Origin: the human T2T-CHM13v2.0 reference genome, Homo sapiens | Direction: 5' to 3' (one strand) | Assembly (NCBI RefSeq): GCF_009914755.1 | Contig: NC_060938.1 | DNA: 64,000 bases | In this document: positions 52,701-64,000 of the stretch, in pieces | Numbering within the stretch: the first letter of the stretch is position 1 | Layout of the letters: each line of letters starts with the position of its first letter | Made by a program: the position numbers and the translations under genes | The notes under the pieces: model-generated | The model's database searches: none | Seen by the model: only the letters and a program-made list of their open reading frames with translations | Told to the model about the DNA's origin: nothing

Positions 52701-55089
52701 ACTAAGGCAATAAAAAAGGCTATGACTTTTCAATTTTCTCTTTTCACATTTTATTTATTAATGCTATGAGTTTGCAGCAGAGGTAAGAGGGAGGCAAGGC
52801 TTAAAGTAAGAGCAATGATGATACCTCTTTAGAAAGTGGATCCAGATGAACATTTCTTAGACAGTTCTTGCCTTTGGCGCCCCCTACTGGAAGATTTATG
52901 ACAAAGCCCCTTCCCTCTTGTCTGTGTGCTTTCACTGATGTCATGTTATTCTGGAACCAGCCTCTGATAATTACAGCCAGTAAGAATAACATTCACTGCT
53001 TCTGTGCTTATACGGATTGAAAATATCAGGATTAGGAGTATTTACATGAATGTGAATAATAATAATATAATGGACTACTAAGTGCTCACACATTCTTTTA
53101 ATTTTACCATAAAACTTCCTTTGGCCTAATTCTCATAGATAATATAGAGTTGGGGAGATTGATTTTAGTCTTACGTGCGTTTCTTAGGTTAGCCCTGTCA
53201 GTCTAAACTGATGCCATTTCTGTCTTCCAGATTCCTATTAAAATAAGTGACTTGGGACATTGCACATGTGTCTGTATGTTTTTTAAATGAAATCTAAAAC
53301 TGGTAAAAATTATTTCGGTTTGACTTTTTTCTATGTAAACCCTAAATGGGGCTCCTGAGAAGTGTCAGGTGAACTTGGCCCAAGTTTCAGGAGAACTCAC
53401 TCCCTCCCAAAGGATATAAAGAAAAGATTTATGACTCCAGGTGAAACGCATAAGCAAGCTGGTGACTATAGATGATTTTAGCTTTGGGTTTCTGGTTCAT
53501 TGGGCGTCTAAAATGAAACTTGGCCAATGCAAGGGGCATGCTTCTATAAATGAAGAGAAAGGTCTTGCAGAATCTGTGCAAAATGGGCTTCAGTCTGTGA
53601 CTGTCTATTCACATACACCATTTCTCCAAAGACCATAGAGTAAACTTGGAGAAAGTAGGCTGTATTTTTATCTTGAGCTCAAATGTTGTCAATGACGTTT
53701 TATTAACAGTTTGGAATTCCCTATTTCCTCAATTAAAACAAATCTTGATAACATTTTGCTTTACTTGCAAGTGTGACTGAAACACTAGCCCTGAAATGGT
53801 CGTGGTCTGTATTCCAATATGCTCTCCAGTATTCTGAACAGGAAATCAAGTCATGTCTGTCTATATATCCCTCACCACGTACATAATTCATTAAGGAATT
53901 AGAGCTCTGAGTTTTTGGAGAATTTTTTTCCTGCGATGGAATTTTTAATATGTAAGCTAAATCAGGGTGTCTGCTTGTGATTTAAAAGCCCCCAAATTGA
54001 AGACTTTTGCAGGTGCATGTTGGCATGTGGGTGGGATCTAGACCATGGACTAGCTCGCATTTCAACACCAAAGTAGAAAATGGGTGTGGAATGAATCCGC
54101 TCTTGCCCCGTTAACAACTGGCCTCAGGGGCACCATCTGGAATTCTCATAGGTATTTTGCGAATAAAATTGCAGTAGTCATTCCACCATTGGCTGTAGTA
54201 CTTCTGGGCTAAGAACTGCAACAAAGTCATTGAAAGAACAGTCTTCTCATTGATTAAAAAGCCCGAGTATGTTTCTCCTCCAATTTATGAGGATTATGCA
54301 AAACTATAGACATTTGCTCTACCCTCTGTTTCTAATTTAGTGTAGTATAGTGCTTGATTGTCTCCTGTCATGTAAGAAAATAGAAGTGAGCAGTTCTTAC
54401 AAAGATCATCCCCCTTTAGTCGACCCCTGATACTGCTAGTCTTGCTTTGCTCACGTCCATGGTGTCAGAGGTCTCATAATACATAGGAAAGTCAATAGAA
54501 CTTAAAAATGGTCAAGATACGGGTTTTCTCCTCCATCACAGTGAAGGCAATTGGTATATTATAAAGCTGATTTAAGGCAGTATTTAGCACTCTGTAGTTT
54601 CCTATATTCTTTTTTCTTAAAAGAATAAGGTTCTCAGTGGTTCAGATCAATTGATTTGAGTGAGATAAAGCACCTGAGGAATATTAAGAAACAGCTGACA
54701 TCTTCAGAGAAACAAATGAAATAGAGAGAGGCTTCTGAATGCTTAGATAACTTGATCTTGCTGAAGAAAGAGGGTCTTACATTTGAAGAGATAAATTAGG
54801 AAGTATTTTCTCAGCCCCATGATAACGTGACAAGGCACACATACTACTCGGGAGCTCATCATTACCACGACGTTAGCACTAATACATACCGAATGCTTCA
54901 AGAAGCACTTTCTTTCTTCAACGAAGATCCAAGGACCCTGAACCCAGAGTAAATGACACATAAGAAAAGAGCATGGGAACAAACCCTCACTCTCAAGAAA
55001 TCAAATTCTCATTTATAAATAAAGGTAGCTGTTTTTTTTTATGGAAAGGCAAAGTCTTCATTTCTTTCAAGAAATGGAGAAATGTTTTA

Positions 55090-55500
55090 ATATTTCAGTC
55101 ACAGTGTTAGGCTCTGGACATATAAAAGCGAGCTGGATACCTGGTGTCATTAGCCTTATGGAGTTGGCAACCTAATGCAAGGTACCAATAAGTAAACATT
55201 AGGAATGATTTGATGATCTAAATCATCAGAGTGCTCGGAGAGACTGAAACAGAAGTGGTAATGGTCAGAAGAGGCCACTCTGAAGAAGTGATATCTATAC
55301 AGATAATGGAAAAAAAATGAGATCTTAGCTTTTCAAAAAGCAGGGACAGAGAATCTCAAGGCAGGTCAGGATGTGCTAAGGCCCTGGGGCAAGAAAAACT
55401 GCCATTTGTTCAAGTAATTGAAGAGAATTGGGCAAGAGGTAAAACTGGGCAGGAAACTGGGCAGGAAGGCAGAGGATGCATGAAATAAAGGATCCACTGA
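55090..55500 (-). mobile_element. L2 fragment
   Basis: cacagtgttaggctctgga..ccttatggagtt..ggtcagaagaggccactctgaagaagtgat. Confidence 0.6.
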
Positions 55501-57819
55501 AATTAGCATGTGCCAGGGGATTGTAAAGATGTTCAAGTCTGAATAATTTTAACCTAAGAAGACAGCAAGAGGAAAACTGTTTCTTTATGACAAGAAAACT
55601 TGTATATTGGGCAGAAGATCATTTCTAATAGTCCTGTATATTTGTATAGAGCTTTTGAATCAGCAAATATTTTTCACAAGTGTTCTTTCCAGTTCTACAA
55701 AATGTTCCTAAGTGAAGAGGATTTAGGTTTATGGTCAATTTCTCAAAAAAGATATTAATACAATCCTTGAATATACAGGAAAATCGATGCCAATTAATCT
55801 AGATTAGAGGTTAGGCAACTTCTATTGAAAAAGCTCTCATGATAGCTGTTGACCTGATTTTGAAACATGACCAAATCTAAGTGGGATCTAAAATCTGTTT
55901 TTGCCTGGTATTCTCTAAATCAATGCATGGGATGAAATTCAAGTTATATGAAGTTCAGTAACAGTCAAAACTAATAGTGGATGCCGCTGGTAGTTAATGT
56001 TTGATTGGAAATGGGAATACAGAAATATGCTAGGTTGTTGGTAATTTCCTATACACATAAAAAAATAAATGAAATAGTTGTGTTTGGATCCCCAGGAGAT
56101 TTTAATTCGTGGTCAGATTTGAAAATCACAGTTATTAATAGAATATCTTGATCAACCAGATTTTACTTGGTGTCATAGAAATAAAGAAAATCAACAAATC
56201 ACAAAATTGATAATTGTGACAGTTCTAGCTTCAACCCCCGTGCTAAAAAGGAGCTGTTTCTCACAAGCATCCTTGTAATTGTAATATTGAAGAGATATTG
56301 ATGTAAACTTTTACTATAGTTGTAATTATGCCCTGAAATGAAACTTTAAGTCATAAGAAATAATTGATGTGATGCTGATATTGAATACCTGGAAAATAAC
56401 TACCAGGCATTTAGAAATTAAGATTTGTTCCTTCTTAATGAAAATATGTTTCATTCATCTGTATTGATTTATTTACATTTATTACCTGTCACATTGGAAG
56501 TTGTGAGAAGTACAAAATATCCTGAACAAGGAGAGCTCACAAAATACTTGGAGAATTTAGCTATGTCTTCATATGACACTTGCAATAATTGTCAAAATGA
56601 AGAGTAATAGATCTCAAATATCCACTAGAAATCTGTTAATATTGGGACTATGATTTAGTTACTTAAAATGTTTTATAATGTAATGGAACATTGTTATTCA
56701 CTTTTATATGCCTGATCAGTATATTTTCAATCTTTCCTAATTCCTTTTTAATACCAACCAACCTTTTTTAAAAAAATCACTCCCACTATTTAATGGTGAT
56801 ATATCCCACTTCTTAAAAGTATTATAGCATATATTGTTTAGACTAGAACTATAAATTTGGAGAAAATAGTACAAAAATCTAAAATCCATATTTGGACCAG
56901 AAATTTTATGGACTGCATTTTTTGTGTATGTCTGCCTTTAGGTTCATTTGCCTGTGTTCTACCTTGCTGACTTTTATTCAGAAAATTTTCAAACACTAAT
57001 GCTTCATTAATTACTCATTCCAGAACCCACAGAAGTCCTGGTTGAATTCTAAACAACTAATAGAGACAAGAAAGAAAGGAGTCATGTAAGACATGTTTAA
57101 AATGCTTTTAAATGCAGGTTGCAAAACAAATTCGTTCCTCCAGTGTAAACCTCAAAGTGCTTCATCTGTAGGCTTTTGTGGTCTCTACTCTTCTGAAATA
57201 GCAGGAAATGTTTTAACAATTAGAGTGAGCAAATTGTAAAGGGAAATACGGTAGTACATTACCAGCTGAGTCCTTAAATAAAACATTCCTTTCTTAATGT
57301 AGTCCTGATGCTGCGCCATCTTCTATTAGTTAAGGCCACTGTATTGCCATAGGCAAGCATCAAATATACAGTAGTTTGATAATGGTAATACATACAGCAA
57401 TAAAACAAAAATGCTATTATGACAGGGGCAAAAAACACATACACTGCATTTACCTTCAGGCATCTTTTTGGTTTCCCTTGAACAAATTAAAACAGAGACT
57501 AATTTCAATGATGTGTCTTTATCTCCTTTGCATTCTTTAAAAAGTTCTAACTTTTCTAAAAGCTGATGTTAGTTTATTTATTGTATGAAACTTGGCAAAG
57601 GAAATGTGGGTGCACGCATTATATCCATTTATTGTTATTTGTGGGACATGGCAAGGATATGTGTTCACAAATTAAAATGTTCCATGAGTAGATAGAAAAG
57701 AACTTTAGGTAAAAAATACAAATTTTAAAATTTCTACCAGAAAAATAAAAATATTTTCAAAGTCTTCATATATTAATATTAAGATGAATGAACTCATCAA
57801 AGCTTTATCTCATCCAAGG

Positions 57820-58147
57820 ACGTTGAGGGGTGGAGGGAGAAATGCTGAGTGGATACTTAGTGGGTACAAATATACAGCCTGATTCAAGAAATAAGACACT
57901 GTTTCATAGATCAGTAGGGTGATTATAATTTACAATATTCTCTTGTATATTTCAACATAGCCAGAAGAGAACAAGTCAAATGATTCTAGCATAAAAAAAG
58001 AAAAGTATTTAAGGTGATTGATATTCCAAGTATACTGATTTGATCTTTACAAATTATATGAATGTATTAAATTACATCACATGTGTCCCCAAAATATGTA
58101 CATCTACTATGTAACAATAAGAAATAAAATTTAAAAAGGGAAAAAAA
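57820..58147 (+). mobile_element. L1MA 3' UTR fragment with A-rich tail
   Basis: gggtacaaatatacag..tagatcagtagggtgattata..tgtatatttcaacatagccagaagaga..tatttaaggtgat..atgtacatctactatgta. Confidence 0.88.
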
Positions 58148-59470
58148 TCCAAGAAAAAAATTTAACATCATTCTATGTGATGTTTGTGAAGATTATTTTC
58201 CTTTAAGAGTACTGTTTATCCTAGGCCAAATTTCCTGTGTAATTTTGACTAAGAATTAGAATCACAAACAACAAGTGCAGTAACCAATAAGAAGAGCTAA
58301 AAAGCAAATCCTCAAATTTGTATATATGTTTTGAGCATGTGTGACTGTATAGAAGATACAAAGTTAGTAATAAGTTTGAATTCAGATATGACCTGTGTTT
58401 AATAGTATATCCCATTATAAAACATTTGTTAAAAACCTGAGCCTTGGGGTGAGACTTCATTGGTTCAAGATTGTTCTCTACCACTTTACACATTCTTGGA
58501 CTTCCAGGAAGTATTTAACCTACTAAGGCTCAATTTTATAATTTCAAAAGCTTGGATAATAATGTAATCTATATTGTTGGGTGCTATGACATTGTTATGA
58601 AGTAATTCATCCAAGGTATTCCACACGGTAGTTGCTTTCATATCACAGTTAGCTAATGTCAATTACTTGAAATCGTTAATGTGTTTGGTGTATTTAGTTT
58701 CTGTCTCACTTTATTGTAGTCTTTAGTCAAATTATTTTTTCTAATTCATGTGTGTTTGGGAGGATTTTGAAAGAAAAGATAAAAAATTCAGTTGGAACCA
58801 GTAGTTTCCTTATGAGGTACCATATTTAGTAAAGAAAAATAGTCAATCAAATGGACCATTTTGAATACTGGGAAGTTTGGCAATTTTTGTCCATTGGATT
58901 TTCTCATGTTTTCACTAGGCTGTCTGTTGCATTGTATAATTTGGTGTAGAACGTAAATCTAGGAATTATTCTTCACCATTTCATGCAGCCTTATTTGGTA
59001 AACCTGCAGACATCTATAGATATTCTTTCTGAATAATATCTTCTTTGATCCTGTATACAATTATTTAAATTCAATTTTGATAAAATTTACATTTTACTTC
59101 TTCTCTCCCTCAAAAATATTTGCCTTGTTTGGCTGCTTTCCTCTATAATACTGTTACCTTTATTATCAGCAGCATAAATTAAGTACTTAGAATTATCCTT
59201 TATTGCTAGTTATAAATGCAATATGCCTTCTGCTATATCACAGTTTCCACATTTTACCTGTTGGAATTCATAGTACTTACAATCATTTCATGCATATATT
59301 TGGCACTAAATAAAGATTTGGTATTAATAATAGATACGTGATTGTAATAATATATATTTGATGATAACTCTAAATTTTTAGACCAAGCATTAAGTTTATA
59401 CAGCGTCTCAACTACAGCACTCAAAATCATAACACATTTTAAGAATTTTAATTATGAGGAATTTCTCTGT

Positions 59471-59559
59471 ATATTATGTAAATGATTGTGTTTGGAGGAG
59501 GACATATCTATTTCTAGACATATTATGTGAGTGATTGTATTTGGAGGAGAACATATATA
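59471..59559. repeat. Tandem duplication, 49-bp period
   Basis: atattatgtaaatgattgtgtttggaggaggacatatcta vs atattatgtgagtgattgtatttggaggagaacatatata (35/40). Confidence 0.85.
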
Positions 59560-62500
59560 CCTATTCATTTTATTTGGAAAGAGAGGCACTTTGGACTATT
59601 AGTTAAGACAAATAGCCACATTCATTAGCAAATAGTCACCTAATACAAAATTAGGAATGCATTTAAAATAGTGTCAGAGAGAAGAAAAAAGTGGAGTGCA
59701 TCAGAAGTTTAACAAATCTGACTCAGAGATCTCAACTTCTTCTACATGTGGAATCCATCAAGCTGACTTTAGTGGCACTTGCAAACTTCCCTTTTCTGTA
59801 ACTGTTCCTCATTAAACTCGGAGGGATCGAGAATAACTTTTTTCAGTAATTTATGACATTTGTGTCTATTTGCAACAGTTGTAAAAATACAGTATAACCA
59901 GGAAACATCATAAAACACTCATAAACCCTTCGAAAGGCAGCCAAAAAGCTAGACTTTCCACAGCAGTTAATGATACAAATGTGAGCGAATTATCCCTCAG
60001 CTGAGGCTATGTGAGATCTGTGAACTATGTAATGCCTTTCAGCAAATATTTAAGGCATAAAAATAAAAACAAAATCAGTTTTATATAAAAGAAAATTTCT
60101 CAATAATTCCACCAACTTCAAGTACCTTTTTGTATGGGAGAAGGACCCATAATAATGTAAAATATCTATTTTTTATAATCTTTTAAAATAAAATTTTTTC
60201 TGAGAAGTTACAAGTTACTTGCTTCTTAAAACCAATGAGCTCTGTTCATTATAGGTGTAAAGCGAATTGTTTTCCTAATAGAAAAATGCATACTAATATT
60301 CTATAGATGGACAATGCTATAAAAAATTGCAAACATGGCAGATACCCATTTATAAAATTGCTGATACATGTATATATGCATATATCACTTCAGTTTAATT
60401 TTATTTTGAGTGATATATATTTTACAACTTCTTCAGTAATATCTGAAGGACTTTGGTGCTTTGAGAGTTCACATTTTTCTAGTTCCTTTTACTCCTCCAT
60501 ATGAAAATAATTCTAAAGTAATATTAGCAAAAAAAAAATTTGCTACCCAATTGATAGTACCTGCTGAATTCAATTTATTTTCTATTTTCTGAGTTCCCAA
60601 TGTGTCTTTGTATTTATTGGAATATATGAGACCTTTCCTCTCCAAACCATACAAGAAATGCCTTAGAGTTGAATTACAGTCATCAGACTAATCTTTTCCC
60701 CAGAAACTAAGCTGTTGAGAAGATTAAGAAGAGATGGAGTTTCATGGTTATGCTACTAGTTTGAATCATTCCTAGACTGAAAAGAACAAAAATTAGGTCA
60801 CATTCTAGGTTTGCTTGACATCAGCCACACAATTCCTGATGCTACTATTGAATCTCTTGGGGATGCCTCCTTCTGAAATCCAAACATTGCCCAAACACGA
60901 AGATGGAACTCTTTTGGCCCAGAGATGCTCTGTACTTCAGCCAAAAAATAAATAAATAAATAAGCAATAATCAGTTGGAAGAGTCACTTGCCAAACTACA
61001 TTTATTCTAGATTTTCTTCCCAGGAGATTCAGAAAAATGAAATATTAGAGAAAAACATAAACACATTGTCATCTCTGATAGTCAGCTAAAGATAGTAAAA
61101 CTAGTGATAAGATACAGCAAAATAAAGCAGAAACACTAAGGACAGTGAGTCTTACATAGAGCTATGGACAATGAAATAAGTTTAGTGAACCTGCATGCTC
61201 TCCACAACTCCTCACACTCAACAAACTCCTAGTCTTTGAGTACTCACCTCTGATCATCTATCACTGAAGATTTTAAGAGCTGAATTGTAGAGTCAGAAAA
61301 AAAATAAAGAATGAGTGCATTTTAAAATGAGAAGCGGATTTAAAAAAAGCAGAATAGTGGAGGTGAAGATTTGTCAGACTTGAAGACGTAGAAGGGATAG
61401 AAAAAGATTGAGGCAAAAAGATAATAATGTCAGTCTCCTTTATTTCTTTAAATTGGAAGTGCTAAATGTAGGGGACCACGTCTTTGTGCATAATTATTTC
61501 ATGATGCGTATCTGTATCAATCAGTCAATTAAATGCACTTACACACACATATGTGTAGGTGTGAATTTAAACATGTGATTTTAATGAAAAATCAAAATTT
61601 TCATAAATAGCAAAAACTAATTGAAAACGAGGATGGACACAGTCCAAATGTCCTCTGTCATCTCGGTCTCATTGTCCAGGCACCAGCAATGCAGAATATT
61701 GACATTACAGAAAGTAAACACATCCATGACACTTACATCACTATGTCACATGCTGTTAATCACTAGCATGCTGTGAAATCAGCTAACCTGCTGTAAAATA
61801 CACAGTTTTTTTTTTTGGAAATGTTTTAACTTATTGCCTTTCTTTCTAAAAATGACTTGAAATTGATGTTTTCAAGACATGGCTAAACATTCATGACAAT
61901 TGTGAAGAAACAACATAATCATGTATACGCTCACTAACATTCATTTAATAAAGTTCTGCTGGCATATATGATGTTTCTCTAAATTGGTTGCTACTTAGGA
62001 GCTTTATTCTAATGGAATAAAGAAGAGAGTTCTCCATGCTGATTAATAGAAAAATGTGTTGAATAATATTTCAAAAACAAAAAGACAATGAAGAAGTCAT
62101 TGCTGGTGAGATTTGTGTTCCAGATTTTGCTAGTAAGATCTGGCAAGCCACTCTCCACACCTTCATTAAGATTATAAATGCTAGGTGAAAATGAGGAGGA
62201 ATGGCTAGGATGTTATATTAGCCATAAAGGTGGTTTATTTTCTTGATTCTTCTGCTCAGTTCTTAGATGTGGTCTTGATTCTATACCCTTTGAAATATGA
62301 GAGTGTTCAAAAAATTCATTTTGATGGATTTTATGCTTGCAATAGCGTGATATTCAAAAGCAGATCTTATACAACCAGAATTCTATCCTGACTTCTGTTG
62401 TCTTCCTAAATTCCTTGAGTTATTTTTGGCAACTGCATAATAAGAATGATTTCTGATCAGTTTTTGCTTCATGAAATTAATTCTCATCCACCTTCTAAAT

Positions 62501-62596
62501 CTTACCCTTACCCACTTCCTCTGTTTCTTTATTTACTTTGTGGAAAACTTCTACATTTACTCTTAAACTAGCTCAAATATAGTGTCTTAATATTGC

Positions 62597-62985
62597 TGTT
62601 CTCACTCATATGTGGGAGCTAAGAAGTTGATCTCTTGGAGGTAGAGAGTAAAATGAGAGATACCAAAGGCTGGGAAAGGTGTGCATAGGAGGGATGGGGT
62701 AAACAGAGATGGGTTGATAGGTACAAACACACAGTTGAATAGAAGGAATAAGTTCTAATGTTCCATAGCAGAGTAGGGTGACTGTAGTTAACAAAAATGT
62801 ACCATATATTTCAAAATAGCTAGAGGAGAGGACTTGAAATGGCTCCAACACATAGTAGTGTTGAATACTCAAGGTGATGGATACCCTAAATACCTTGACT
62901 TCATCATTATACATTTTATGCATATAACAAAATATCAGAGGTGTCTCATAAATATGTACGTATATTATGTATCAGTTAAAAATAT
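62597..62985 (+). mobile_element. L1MA 3' UTR fragment inserted in an L2
   Basis: tgttctcactcatatgtgggagctaa..gtagagagta..agtagggtgactgtagttaacaa..tatatttcaaaatagctagaggagagga. Confidence 0.9.
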
Positions 62986-64000
62986 GTCTTCTTGGAATTG
63001 TTCTCTGCTTCATAGGGGGAGTAATCCCTCTCTGCTTGATGTTCCCATAGGACTTTGTATATAATTATTACAGCATTTATCACATTGTTTCATTTTATGT
63101 CTGGTTCTACAACTAATCTGTGAGTAACCCCAGTGGAATGGATAGTATTTTATACATCTTTTTTTTTCCATTCTTCTTTAAAACTTGTGGAATTTTACAC
63201 TAAGAAGTCACTAAGTGCCTGCTTGTTAGTTTTCTAGTACAGGGGTGATAAAAGTCATTTCTTTTTCCAACCACTATGTATTTAAGTTTTCAATAATGAA
63301 ACTGCAGAGAGATAAGATGGCTGGTTTTACATTTTGCGTAGTGGAGCAGTGGAATTGAAGAGTTCAAAGGTCAAGACACAGCCTTCCTATTTTTTCAAAC
63401 AGTCTTTACATACGATCTTGGCTAATAGTACAAATGAGAAGTGAACCAGACTCACATCTAATACATTTTCTGAATTTTTTTTTTCTGTAATTACATCTAG
63501 GGGAAGGAAGATTGATAATGTAAAGGACTAGGAGACAACATAATTATTGCTTCAAATAAAGCTTTTCAGCAAATGAAGCTTTTCAGGAAGGGAATGTTTA
63601 GAAAACAGATTTTCTATTGCTTTGTTCTCAGTCATCTAACTTTGCACACAACGACTCAGGTTACATGAGAGATTCCAAAATTTGGAGATAAGCCATTCAT
63701 CTTATGACAACAAATAGAGAAAGAAAACATAAAAACTATTTCAACCTATGTATGAAATCTGTATTTCAATTCAATTTAAACAAAAGTTGTGTAATATGTT
63801 CCTGAAAAATAATTTATGGAGCACCTTAGGCCTTGAAACTATTTTAAATCAATTAAAGTCATATTTGTTTTTCAAAAATTACTATTCTTAATAAGATAGT
63901 CCTCAATAATAGGAATGAGAAAATTTACCAAGAAGAATGTGTGGTTCTTTATTATTCAATATAAAAAAGTAATATTATATGGCTTCTATAAAAAGACCCA

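Overview
AT-rich, CpG-poor primate (human-like) genomic DNA, either intergenic or deep intronic. I can support no protein-coding gene, RNA gene or CRISPR array. The listed ORFs are chance frames or frames through Alu, L1, MaLR and LTR repeats or microsatellites. The window is dominated by interspersed repeats: AluJ/AluS/FLAM, old L1M fragments, an L1PB-type insertion, L2, MIR, MER20/MER58/MER5 DNA transposons, and many LTRs (MLT1, MLT2, MST, THE1, LTR8, MER4-group, MER57). Subfamily names are recalled by eye and need RepeatMasker/Dfam confirmation. I found no convincing new biological system. The most notable structures are: (i) an L1PB-type insertion with a twin-priming 5' inversion and an apparent 69-nt 3' transduction, bounded by a 15-bp target-site duplication (22865-24782); (ii) a two-LTR MER57-type provirus (44779-51723) carrying three nested LTR insertions, including a two-LTR THE1 element; (iii) a nested AT-rich palindrome with 49-bp arms (14822-14953); (iv) templated micro-insertion scars (9133-9221, 18465-18516); (v) unique-sequence islands that retain CpGs and TF motifs and may be regulatory or contain cryptic exons (about 10.8-11.4 kb, 17.4-18.6 kb between inverted Alus, and 53.3-55.0 kb).
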